Source of the DNA: a virus
Taxonomy: Duplodnaviria; Caudoviricetes
Virus record (IMG/VR): IMGVR_UViG_3300038673_000510
Location: 52,959 to 116,958 of that record
DNA: 64,000 nucleotides
Strand: one strand, 5' to 3'
Below, piece by piece: positions 20,057 to 28,550 of this stretch. Each line of letters opens with the position of its first letter. Within the stretch, counting starts at the first letter, position 1. Made by a program: the position numbers and the translations under genes. Below the pieces are notes generated by a model. That model was not told the DNA's origin, ran no database searches, and saw only the letters and a list, made by a program, of their open reading frames with translations.

Positions 20057-20884
20057 AATGTACGGATATGTTTATAAAACAACGAACTTGATAAATAATA
20101 AAATTTATATAGGACAAAAGGTTTCTTCGAAATTTTTGTTATCATATTATGGTTCTGGTGTAATTTTGAAACGTGCACTTAAAAAATATGGAAAGGATAA
20201 TTTTTTAATTGAAATGCTATGTGAATGTGATTCTCAAAATGATTTAGATTCTAAGGAAATTTTATTTATTGATAAATATAAAAATGAACATAATGAACAA
20301 TGTTATAATATTGCCTCCGGTTCTAAATTTGGTGGTAATCAAATGAAATATGCTACTAACGAAAAAATTCAAGAAAAAAATCAAAAAATTAGTATTGCTA
20401 ATAAAGGAAAAAAAGCTTGGAATAGGGGTTTAACCATTAATGATCCAAGAGTTAAATTGTATGCCGATAAACATAAGGGTTTTACTTATTCAGAGGCATC
20501 TTTAGAAAAAATGTCTATAAGTGCAAAAATTAGAGCTAATAAACCAGAAAATGTTAATAGGATGAAAAATAATAATCCGGCGCAAAATCCTATTATTGCA
20601 GAAAAAATTAGTAAATCATTACAAGGTAAAATGGTATTAGATAAAAATCCTAACTGGAATACTTTAGATGAAAATAAAATTAAGGAAATGTATTTTGCTG
20701 GATATAAAATTAAAGATATAGCTAATTATTTTGAAGTTGGGACTCAATCGATTACCAGAAGAATAAAAAAATTAAAATTAGCAAAAAGATTAAGGAGTTC
20801 TTTAATATGAAATTAGGCCCTATAGAAAAATTTAATCCTAATAATCCAGAACATCTTGATCCCAAAAAATATAAAATAACTTAT
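20018..20884 (+). mobile_element. 867-bp endonuclease cassette interrupting cca
   Basis: CTTAT direct repeats at 20013-20017 and 20880-20884. In-frame removal restores FRSESYKSSGRKP. Confidence 0.6.
20058..20810 (+). CDS. GIY-YIG homing endonuclease (Seg-like) inside the split cca
   Basis: MYGYVYKTTNLINNKIYIGQ...YYGSG...E...YNI; KAWNRG, NNPA and NPNW modules; C-terminal HTH. Confidence 0.92.
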   Translation: MYGYVYKTTNLINNKIYIGQKVSSKFLLSYYGSGVILKRALKKYGKDNFLIEMLCECDSQNDLDSKEILFIDKYKNEHNEQCYNIASGSKFGGNQMKYATNEKIQEKNQKISIANKGKKAWNRGLTINDPRVKLYADKHKGFTYSEASLEKMSISAKIRANKPENVNRMKNNNPAQNPIIAEKISKSLQGKMVLDKNPNWNTLDENKIKEMYFAGYKIKDIANYFEVGTQSITRRIKKLKLAKRLRSSLI

Positions 20885-21964
20885 AAAAGTTCTGGTCGTA
20901 AACCAACAAGTGTTCAAATTGAAATGTCATTTAAAGAGGATGCTAAAAGAAGAGATTTCACTTTCAACGCTATGGCAATAGATAGTAAAGGAAATGTTAT
21001 AGATTATTTTGATGGACAACAAGCTATTCAGAGTAAAATTCTTAAAACCGTTGGTGATCCAGAACAAAGGTTTACTGAAGATTATTTAAGAATGATGCGA
21101 GCAATTAGATTTGCAAGTAGACTTGGATTTAATATTGATCCTCAAACTGGTGAGGCTATTAAAAAGCATGCCACTAAAATTTCAGGAATATCATCAGAAA
21201 GAATCTTAAAAGAACTATTAAGTATGGCAGAACAGTCTGGAAGTAAATTTGCTGATGCTATTATTGGGTTAAATGATTTTGGATTACTTCAACATATTCT
21301 GCCAGAGATAGTTTCCATGGATGAATATGAGCATGATGAAGAAACTCACCCCGAAGGAAATGTATATCAACACACGCTTGCTGCATTAAGAGCAAACGGA
21401 ATTGTTGATCCAATTATAAATCTTGCTATTTTATTACATGATATAGGGAAGACTACTACACGAACTTATAAAGATAATGGAAAGGTTCAATATCTTGGAC
21501 ATGCACAGGCGGGAATATCATTAATTGAAAAAATTGCAAATAGACTTAAGATGGACAATGATGCAAAAGACGCATTAATCTTTGCGGCCGAAAATCATAT
21601 GAAAATGCACAATTTACTTAATATGAGCAATGCAAAGATATACGCTTTAATTAAAAATAAGAATTGGAACGTATTGTATAATGTTGCTCTTGCGGACCAA
21701 AAAGCGCGGGGAAATCTCTTCCAAAAGGCCGATTGGGACAAGACTGTAGAGCGAATTGAAGATGTAACAAATAAGTATGCTAATCAAGATTTTCAAAAAG
21801 CTATTAAGAAAGTTCTTAATGGTGAAATGGTTATGCAGTTAAAGGGATTAAAACCAGGTCCAGAAGTCGGTAAAATTATTAATCAAACTATGGATTGGAT
21901 TTTAAATAAAAATATTGATATCAATGATATCGAAAAAATTAAGAGGTATATAATAAGCATATGA
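20807..21964 (+). CDS. cca: Split CCA-adding enzyme, C-terminal fragment with HD domain
   Basis: SGRKP...EDAKRRDFTFNAMA (motif B), DYFDG (C), FTEDYLRMMRAIRF (D), SSERILKEL (E), HPEGNVYQHT and LLHDIGK (HD). It has its own AAGGAG RBS at 20792. Confidence 0.92.
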   Translation: MKLGPIEKFNPNNPEHLDPKKYKITYKSSGRKPTSVQIEMSFKEDAKRRDFTFNAMAIDSKGNVIDYFDGQQAIQSKILKTVGDPEQRFTEDYLRMMRAIRFASRLGFNIDPQTGEAIKKHATKISGISSERILKELLSMAEQSGSKFADAIIGLNDFGLLQHILPEIVSMDEYEHDEETHPEGNVYQHTLAALRANGIVDPIINLAILLHDIGKTTTRTYKDNGKVQYLGHAQAGISLIEKIANRLKMDNDAKDALIFAAENHMKMHNLLNMSNAKIYALIKNKNWNVLYNVALADQKARGNLFQKADWDKTVERIEDVTNKYANQDFQKAIKKVLNGEMVMQLKGLKPGPEVGKIINQTMDWILNKNIDINDIEKIKRYIISI

Positions 21965-22353
21965 CAACTTTAGAAATGTATTTAGAGATGATATTTCAAA
22001 AAGATAATAAAGATTTTACTAAAAATTTTAAGTATTCGGCAAAACTCGAGACAATAGAAAGACATTTATTTGGTGATTATCTTTATATATTGTCTGAAAA
22101 AGTTGAAAATAAAGTTCCATATAAATATAAATGGAAAAAAGCAAAATCAAGAAAAGATTCAGATAAATATAATCAGTATAGAATCATAGTTGACTCAGCA
22201 ACTGGCGAACCTGTTGTAAGATACGAATGGGCTACTTCAATCTTTGAATCTGATATTCCTAAAGAACAATTTTTTAAAGAAATAAAAGATTTTGTACAAG
22301 AAGAAAAAATAAAATTAAAAAGGTTAATGGATACAATGTTTCCTAAATATTAA
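21961..22353 (+). CDS. Chimeric duplicate of 19288-19683 carrying the leader of the disrupted target gene
   Basis: MTTLEM leader, then identical to the 19288 gene from YLE to the stop. Confidence 0.8.
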   Translation: MTTLEMYLEMIFQKDNKDFTKNFKYSAKLETIERHLFGDYLYILSEKVENKVPYKYKWKKAKSRKDSDKYNQYRIIVDSATGEPVVRYEWATSIFESDIPKEQFFKEIKDFVQEEKIKLKRLMDTMFPKY

Positions 22354-22652
22354 CTTGAAATTGCAGCCTATGGGTCATATCAATCAGAAATATATTTTTC
22401 GGAAAGTTATAATCCTTATACTTTGAAAGATATTAAAAAAATTATTAATCGACACTATAATGAAGTTTTAAAAAAATTATTTAATATCACTACAGATGAT
22501 ATTCAGTTTATGGATCACCATTTAGAAGAATTAGAAAATGATGATGAAGATGATCCAGCTTACGATGACGATGACGATGTTTTTGCTTATTATGATAATC
22601 CATTTGAAGAGAATTAAATTATGAAAAAAAACATTAGATTTTTATTTAGAGA
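21979..22652 (+). repeat. Circularly permuted copy of 19021-19683 between TATTTAGAGA direct repeats
   Basis: The order is B-A here and A-B in the donor. Novel joint ...aaatattaa|cttgaaattgc at 22353/22354; direct repeats at 21979-21988 and 22643-22652. Confidence 0.92.
22354..22617 (+). pseudogene. Duplicated 3' fragment of gene 18607-19284
   Basis: Identical to the last 88 codons of that gene except one base; no proper start. Confidence 0.85.
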
Positions 22653-22669
22653 GAGTACAAGATCAACAG

Positions 22670-23149
22670 ATGATAAATGAAGGTTTTGTTGATAGATTAG
22701 GTGCTGGTGTTTTGACAGCATTAATCACACTTGGTAGTGTTGGTATTGGTGGCGGATTAGTTGTTGGTTTTAGTGCGTCACAAAAGAACGCTTTGTTAAA
22801 TGGTGAGACAATAAATTTTGAACTTGACAAATCAACCTCACATCTTGATTATACAAAAACAATGGCAAGACAGATGGCTTATCCAAATGGACACCCAATG
22901 AAAACTTTACCAATGAATCCAGCAACAGATTCTTCTCCGGATGAAGTAATGTTTAAAATGAAAATTGATGATAATAAAGCGAATAGTGATTTTGCTTCAA
23001 ATGGAGTTTATGTTGATATAAAGAATAAAATTATTTATGTTAGTAGAGATAGAGTAGAAAAACGTAGTCCATTTAAATTACATGGCGATGAAAAAGAAGC
23101 TAAACGATCAATTGAAAAACAACGTGGCAATATTGATAGTATGAAGTAA
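22670..23149 (+). CDS. Hypothetical protein with a hydrophobic segment; body of the gene whose original start was at 21961
   Basis: Joining 21961-21988 to 22653 gives in-frame MTTLEMYLERVQDQQMINEGFVDRL, followed by a TM-like LGAGVLTALITLGSVGIGGGLVVGF. Confidence 0.7.
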   Translation: MINEGFVDRLGAGVLTALITLGSVGIGGGLVVGFSASQKNALLNGETINFELDKSTSHLDYTKTMARQMAYPNGHPMKTLPMNPATDSSPDEVMFKMKIDDNKANSDFASNGVYVDIKNKIIYVSRDRVEKRSPFKLHGDEKEAKRSIEKQRGNIDSMK

Positions 23150-23151
23150 TT

Positions 23152-23439
23152 ATGAAAAAAAGTTTACATGATTATATTGAAACACTTGATTCTCTTGAGA
23201 ATGATGTTATTAGTATCAATTTATTTGATGATAAAATTATTCAAGCATTAAAAGATGCCAGAGATGGTGATATAATTTTTATGCCGGAATCTGATTATGG
23301 TTTTGGAGAAATATATAAAATTCACAATTGGTTAATTGTGTTTTTAATTCCTAATTTTGGCGGAATTCCAGAATTTCATAATGCCTATCGTTTATCTGAT
23401 GTTGAAGATATGATTCAAGAATTAAGAAGTTTAACATAA
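23152..23439 (+). CDS. hypothetical protein with a YIE leader
   Basis: MKKSLHDYIETLD. Confidence 0.7.
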   Translation: MKKSLHDYIETLDSLENDVISINLFDDKIIQALKDARDGDIIFMPESDYGFGEIYKIHNWLIVFLIPNFGGIPEFHNAYRLSDVEDMIQELRSLT

Positions 23440-23448
23440 TGGTATAAT

Positions 23449-23943
23449 ATGAGTTTAGCATTATATTTAGAAATTACTAACAATCATGATTTTGATCGCA
23501 ATGCTTATTTGAAATGGAAAAGAAAAAATGTAACTTACCGTGGAATAAAATCTTTTGGTAAAGATAATGAAGTGTATGGTTCTTTTGGAAGAGGACTATA
23601 CACTGTTCCATTATCAAATAAGTCTATGGCAAAACAATATGGAAAACTTTATTTCGTAGTTGGAGCTATACCAAAAAATCCCAAAATTGTACAGTCTATA
23701 AATGATGCTGAAATACTTTTACAAAAATTAATTATAGATTATTGTAAAGGACAAAATCATACAAAGGATTATGATCCTTCTTTTTTTGAAAATCATACAT
23801 CTATGGATAAAGAGCTTGTTAAACAAGGATATGATGGTTTTATAATTAAAGGCAGAGAAATTGTTAATTATAAACCCAATAATATTCTTTACTTTCCAAC
23901 GGAAGAAGAAGTAATACATCACTGGAAAAATATTGCGGAGTAA
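23449..23943 (+). CDS. Putative ADP-ribosyltransferase-fold protein with YLE leader
   Basis: VTYRG...FGRGLYT...AKQYG...GYDGFIIKGREIVNYKPNNI resembles ART-fold phage domains. Confidence 0.55.
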   Translation: MSLALYLEITNNHDFDRNAYLKWKRKNVTYRGIKSFGKDNEVYGSFGRGLYTVPLSNKSMAKQYGKLYFVVGAIPKNPKIVQSINDAEILLQKLIIDYCKGQNHTKDYDPSFFENHTSMDKELVKQGYDGFIIKGREIVNYKPNNILYFPTEEEVIHHWKNIAE

Positions 23944-23947
23944 TAAA

Positions 23948-24532
23948 ATGATATTTAGAGATTATCTTGAAATAATGACACGTCAAGAAATGCGACGTGC
24001 CGCTAACGCTGGTCAAACAAATCTTGAAAAAGTTGGTGAAGTATTGTCACGTAGCGATAGTGGATTATTGCCAAGATGGTTTCTAATATTGTTAGAAGAA
24101 CAACTCAATATGGAAAACATAAGATATAAATCAGATTTTATTGAAGTAATGAATGAAACAATATTTGATAATAAGATTAAACCATACCCACAAAACGCAC
24201 CAGAAAGTATTAGATTTATAATAACAAAAAATGGAGAATGCTTCTGGTGTGTTGCTGATGATGCTATTCATGGATCCATTCTTGCTTATATGATGTGCAA
24301 AGGTAAACTTCAAATGTTTGAAGAATTATTAGATTATGGATCTTGGTCTGAAACAATTGCATCTACTGATTATTTTATAGCTTTTATATGGGATGCTGAT
24401 GATAGTGAAACAAAATTAGCTGAAAGTTATGCTTATGAACTTGAAGAAATGGTTATGAGAAAATTATTTGTGCCACCATATAAAGATTATTTATTAAATA
24501 TAACAGGGTCATTAGAAATAAGTCCAAGTTAA
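23948..24532 (+). CDS. YLE-leader protein, GQTNL paralog family, copy 2
   Basis: MIFRDYLEIMTRQEMRRAANAGQTNL...IITKNGECFWC...IHGSILAYMMCKG. Confidence 0.8.
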   Translation: MIFRDYLEIMTRQEMRRAANAGQTNLEKVGEVLSRSDSGLLPRWFLILLEEQLNMENIRYKSDFIEVMNETIFDNKIKPYPQNAPESIRFIITKNGECFWCVADDAIHGSILAYMMCKGKLQMFEELLDYGSWSETIASTDYFIAFIWDADDSETKLAESYAYELEEMVMRKLFVPPYKDYLLNITGSLEISPS

Positions 24533-24543
24533 GAGAGAATACA

Positions 24544-25041
24544 ATGAGAAATAATTTAGCGCTTTATTTAGAATACTTACAATACCCAGAACCAGTTGAA
24601 TTAACTGATTTATATAATGAAGAAGATATTGTAAAGGGAAAAACCAATAATGGAAAGGGATGGTTTTACGCTGGCAATGATGAACATAAAAGTGAATTCT
24701 TTATGCTTAAACCTGGAGAAAACCATTGGGATCCATCTGTAGCAAAAAAGATGCAAAGTGTTGGATGGATTGATAAACCTGATTCCAATACTATGGAAAA
24801 AATATTTGCTGAAAATAAAATTATAAGATTTATTATAAATACTAATAATGAAAATGAACCAGTTACGGTTGAATCTGGTGGACAACTTGATAATTCAATT
24901 TATATTGGTATTATGAAATTAATGAAAAATAAAGTTGCTGGTCCTTTACAAAAAACAGCCAAAATAATTTGGGAATATGGAAAATCTGTTGGGCAAGCAA
25001 TTAAAAAATCATTTTCTGCGCAGGAGTGGCAATTAGCATGA
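24544..25041 (+). CDS. YLE-leader hypothetical protein
   Basis: MRNNLALYLEYLQ. Confidence 0.7.
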   Translation: MRNNLALYLEYLQYPEPVELTDLYNEEDIVKGKTNNGKGWFYAGNDEHKSEFFMLKPGENHWDPSVAKKMQSVGWIDKPDSNTMEKIFAENKIIRFIINTNNENEPVTVESGGQLDNSIYIGIMKLMKNKVAGPLQKTAKIIWEYGKSVGQAIKKSFSAQEWQLA

Positions 25042-25667
25042 TATTTAAAGATTATTTAGAAATGATGACAAGAAGCGAAATGAGACAAGCTGCTCAAAAT
25101 GGTCAAACAAATTTATTGCCTGGTCTTTCATCATTGAATAAAAAAGAAGTATTACTTCCCGAGTGGATGACAGATATGTTTGAAAATTGGGGAGCGGGAA
25201 ATGTACATGGGATGAGGTATAAATCTGATGTAATTGATAGATTTCAAAATGATGTTTTTAATGCCAAATTAAAACCTGTTCCATTTGATGTGCCAGAAAG
25301 TCTTACTAAAAGAATAAGAATTATTATTACTAAAAATGGCGAATGTTTTTGGTGTCGAGGATATAATGGAATTCATGGAAGTATTCTTGTGTATATGATG
25401 TGTATCGGTAAACTCCCGATGAAGAAAAGTTTTATTGATTATGATTATAAAGATGGATGGTGTTGGAATAATAATATAACTAAAACTTTTATAGCATTAG
25501 AAATGTTTTATGACCATAATAGAATAATTGTAAGAATGGCAGAAAGTTATCAAGAATTTTATGGAGCGCAGTTAAAACAATTATATCAAGATAAAACTTA
25601 TGAAGCTTTAGTAATGAAGTTTCTTAATTATCCTATACAAGATATAAAACTTAAATATCAATATTAA
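25038..25667 (+). CDS. YLE-leader protein, GQTNL paralog family, copy 3
   Basis: MIFKDYLEMMTRSEMRQAAQNGQTNL...IITKNGECFWC...IHGSILVYMMCIG. Confidence 0.8.
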   Translation: MIFKDYLEMMTRSEMRQAAQNGQTNLLPGLSSLNKKEVLLPEWMTDMFENWGAGNVHGMRYKSDVIDRFQNDVFNAKLKPVPFDVPESLTKRIRIIITKNGECFWCRGYNGIHGSILVYMMCIGKLPMKKSFIDYDYKDGWCWNNNITKTFIALEMFYDHNRIIVRMAESYQEFYGAQLKQLYQDKTYEALVMKFLNYPIQDIKLKYQY

Positions 25668-26149
25668 ATATGTTTGACTTGTTTTTCAATTTGTTCTTTT
25701 ACTAAATCAATATTATTTTTTATATCCTTTTCTTTAAATCTCAGAAGTGGTATTCCCAGTTCTTTTAACATATTGTTTTTGAATTTATCATTTCTGAGAT
25801 TTTTACGTTGTATTTTAGTTAAATCAGAATATTTTTGATCGCCCTCTTGATATGCCGACGCATGATAGTAATCTCCATCGCATTCAATACAAAATGTATA
25901 ATTAATCCCATCTGTAACATAAAAATCAAACTTCTTTGCTCTTCCTTTATATATAAAAATTTTTTCTTGAATATAATAGAGTCCCATAGAATCTAATAAC
26001 ACTCTTACGCGTCTTTCAATACTATTTTCTTTTTGTGTACCATCAGCATTTTTATATTGTTGCAGATTTTTAATTGCCTTAGCTTTTGCTTTTTTATATC
26101 TGTCTTTATTTTGTTTTCGTATCTTCTTTGCTGTTAATCGGTCTACCAT
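25664..26149 (-). CDS. DUF559/Vsr-like endonuclease
   Basis: NSIERRV...FDFYV...IECDGDYYH...NDKFKN...GIPLLRFKEKDI. Confidence 0.8.
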   Translation of the reverse strand: MVDRLTAKKIRKQNKDRYKKAKAKAIKNLQQYKNADGTQKENSIERRVRVLLDSMGLYYIQEKIFIYKGRAKKFDFYVTDGINYTFCIECDGDYYHASAYQEGDQKYSDLTKIQRKNLRNDKFKNNMLKELGIPLLRFKEKDIKNNIDLVKEQIEKQVKHI

Positions 26150-26206
26150 AAAATTCTCCTAATATATTTATTATACATTTTTTTTGGCGAAAAGTGTATA
26201 CTATTT

Positions 26207-26214
26207 GTAATATA
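26207..26214 (+). promoter_or_regulatory. putative late promoter GTAATATA
   Basis: Upstream of the AAA ATPase/neck operon. Confidence 0.55.
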
Positions 26215-26250
26215 ATTAAGAAATAAAACAAGTTGGGAGTATAACCAAAT

Positions 26251-27879
26251 ATGATTAATATGAAGGCTTATTTTGAAGGTGCAGTTAGTGCTAAAAATTC
26301 TGGACGTGTTGTTGATATTCTTAAATCCAGAGTATCGCGTCAAGTAGGACAACAAATATATGCTACAACTGCAATGGATGTAGTTATTAAAGATGGTAAA
26401 AAAGTTTATGGTATTTTCTTAATGTTCGAAGATGGCCATCATGCTATAAGATTAAACTGGATTTCTACTGATACATCTGCTTCAATTGATAGTATTGACT
26501 TTTGGATTCATGTGTCTAAAAATCCTCAATATTCTGCAGATACAAAAGATATGAACATAGTTCAAATTGTTGAACTTATTGACGATGTTGTTAAGGGCGT
26601 AAATCTTAAAGAAGAAGATACAATTCAAGAAAGTATAAAACCGGTATTAGAAGCAGCAGGAAAAACATTTAAAGATGTAAAAAATCTTTTAGAGAATAAG
26701 GGATATATTATTGAAAAGGATCCCGCGTTTACTGTCCGTCGTTATCTTGTAACTGATAAAAAAACAAAAGAAGTAACACCAATTCGTTATATTCCAGTTA
26801 TGGATGAAATGTATGGCGAAATAATGCAAATCGGTGTTCCTGCATTCTTAAATAAGTATAATGCTGCTGGGGGCGGAGCAAAAACTTCAGGTGGTCGTTT
26901 AAAAGCAGCATCACCAGAAACTCCAGTAGAAGTAAAAAGTTCTCCATTTGATTCATTATTTGAAGATCCACTAAATGAAAAAGAATTGTTTAAGTTACTT
27001 GAAACTGGAGTCGAAGAAGTTAAAGCTGGTTTATCAAAAACTATGATTGTATCTGGAGACCCTGGAGTTGGAAAATCGTTTACAATATTACAAGGAATGG
27101 TTGGAACCAATTTTGAGGTTTTTAAAGGAACAATCACATCTGCTGCGGCTCTTTATAAGACCTTGTTTCTTAACAATGAATCAAAGAAAACTCTCATCTT
27201 TGATGACCTTGATACTCTTCTTGAAGATAGAGAATGTGTGAATATTCTTAAAGGAGCCCTTGAAAGTGTACAAAATCCAGAAGTTAGTTATCTTAGCAAT
27301 AACTGTGTTCATCCTACTTACTACAAAGTTCTTACAGGTGAATACGACGCCAATGATCCTAAAGTACGTCAGTCTTTAAAATTACTAAAGATTGATCTTG
27401 ATGCAATGAGCGAAAAACGTCTTGAGGCTATGCAGATGAGAGCATCTGATCCATATTCTGCAGCAGCTATATTGCCTAATAAATTTGTTTTCTTATCTCG
27501 TATTATATTCATTACAAATAAATATCTTGACGAACTTCCTTCTGCCATTAAGTCACGTGGTGGTACAAAAGTAGAAGTAAACCTTACTCTTGCTGAAATA
27601 GTAAAACGTATTGGTAGCGTTCTTGATAAACTTGATATTCCAGTAGAGCCAGGTACACCTCCAATTAGTATGGCAGCAAGAAAAGCTGCACTAAAATATT
27701 GTAACGATGTTCTTATTCCTTATGGAAAAATAAAGAAACTTGATTTTAGAGGATTCTTTGAGATTTGTAAAAAAGCTTCCGGTGATGCACCACAAGAAGT
27801 TTGGTATCGTTGGGTATCTCGCATGCTTCAAGAAAGTTATGGTGAAAAAATGATTGTTGGCAAGAGGGAGAAAAGATAA
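26251..27879 (+). CDS. AAA+ ATPase with an N-terminal extension
   Basis: Walker A GDPGVGKS, Walker B LIFDDLD, sensor IIFITN, Arg finger AIKSR. Confidence 0.85.
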   Translation: MINMKAYFEGAVSAKNSGRVVDILKSRVSRQVGQQIYATTAMDVVIKDGKKVYGIFLMFEDGHHAIRLNWISTDTSASIDSIDFWIHVSKNPQYSADTKDMNIVQIVELIDDVVKGVNLKEEDTIQESIKPVLEAAGKTFKDVKNLLENKGYIIEKDPAFTVRRYLVTDKKTKEVTPIRYIPVMDEMYGEIMQIGVPAFLNKYNAAGGGAKTSGGRLKAASPETPVEVKSSPFDSLFEDPLNEKELFKLLETGVEEVKAGLSKTMIVSGDPGVGKSFTILQGMVGTNFEVFKGTITSAAALYKTLFLNNESKKTLIFDDLDTLLEDRECVNILKGALESVQNPEVSYLSNNCVHPTYYKVLTGEYDANDPKVRQSLKLLKIDLDAMSEKRLEAMQMRASDPYSAAAILPNKFVFLSRIIFITNKYLDELPSAIKSRGGTKVEVNLTLAEIVKRIGSVLDKLDIPVEPGTPPISMAARKAALKYCNDVLIPYGKIKKLDFRGFFEICKKASGDAPQEVWYRWVSRMLQESYGEKMIVGKREKR

Positions 27880-28550
27880 TGACTGTTTGTGCTAATCATA
27901 ATTGCAATAAAGAATTTAATAAAGGTAATATTAGACAAATATATTGTTCGAAAAAATGTGCACAAACAATGAGTACATTTTTTCGAACAAAAAGAAATAC
28001 ACTAAAACATATAAATAAAAAATGTTTAATTTGTGGGCAAGTTGTTATTTCAACAAAAAAGTATTGTTCTAATGAATGTGCAAAAATAGCTGTAAAAAAA
28101 CAACGTAAAGATTGGCAACAGACCCATATTTTAGAAAGCAAAGAAAATAAAAAAAGATGGAATAATACACATAAAGATTATCTTAATAATTATGAAAAAA
28201 ATAAAAAGAAAAGCAATATAAATTATAAAATTAGAAAAGTATTGGGTTCAAGACTAACTAATGTTATTAAAAGATGTAATGGAGTGAAAAGCGCATCAAG
28301 TCTTAAACTTCTTGGGTGTTCAATTGAAGATGCAAGACAATATTTGGAAAGTAAATTTCAACAAGGAATGACATGGAATAATCATGGTTTTGGTGATGAT
28401 AAGTGGCATATTGACCATATAATCCCTTGTGATGCTTTTGATTTAACAAAACCCGAAGAACAAACAAAATGCTTTCATTATACCAATCTTCAACCATTAT
28501 GGCAATATGATAATTTAAGTAAAAGTAACAAAATAGGAGTTAAAATATGA
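27879..28550 (+). CDS. HNH homing endonuclease with N-terminal Zn fingers
   Basis: Two CxxC..YCS..C repeats; GMTWNNHG...WHIDHIIPC...CFHYTNLQPLW..DNLSK. Confidence 0.88.
   Translation: MTVCANHNCNKEFNKGNIRQIYCSKKCAQTMSTFFRTKRNTLKHINKKCLICGQVVISTKKYCSNECAKIAVKKQRKDWQQTHILESKENKKRWNNTHKDYLNNYEKNKKKSNINYKIRKVLGSRLTNVIKRCNGVKSASSLKLLGCSIEDARQYLESKFQQGMTWNNHGFGDDKWHIDHIIPCDAFDLTKPEEQTKCFHYTNLQPLWQYDNLSKSNKIGVKI

Noticed and set aside
20018-20884. Group I intron or intein interrupting cca
   Set aside because: The endonuclease ORF fills 753 of 867 bp and the remainder is coding. I see no P7-like core and no C...HN intein ends, and the downstream half has its own RBS and ATG.
20013-20884. T4 gene 60-style ribosomal bypass between matching TAT codons
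   Set aside because: No stop codon or hairpin follows the putative take-off codon, and the gap is far longer than the 50-nt precedent.
19021-22652. DGR template/variable repeat pair or IS element
   Set aside because: The copies are almost identical with no adenine-specific mismatch pattern. There is no reverse transcriptase, transposase or terminal inverted repeat in the window.
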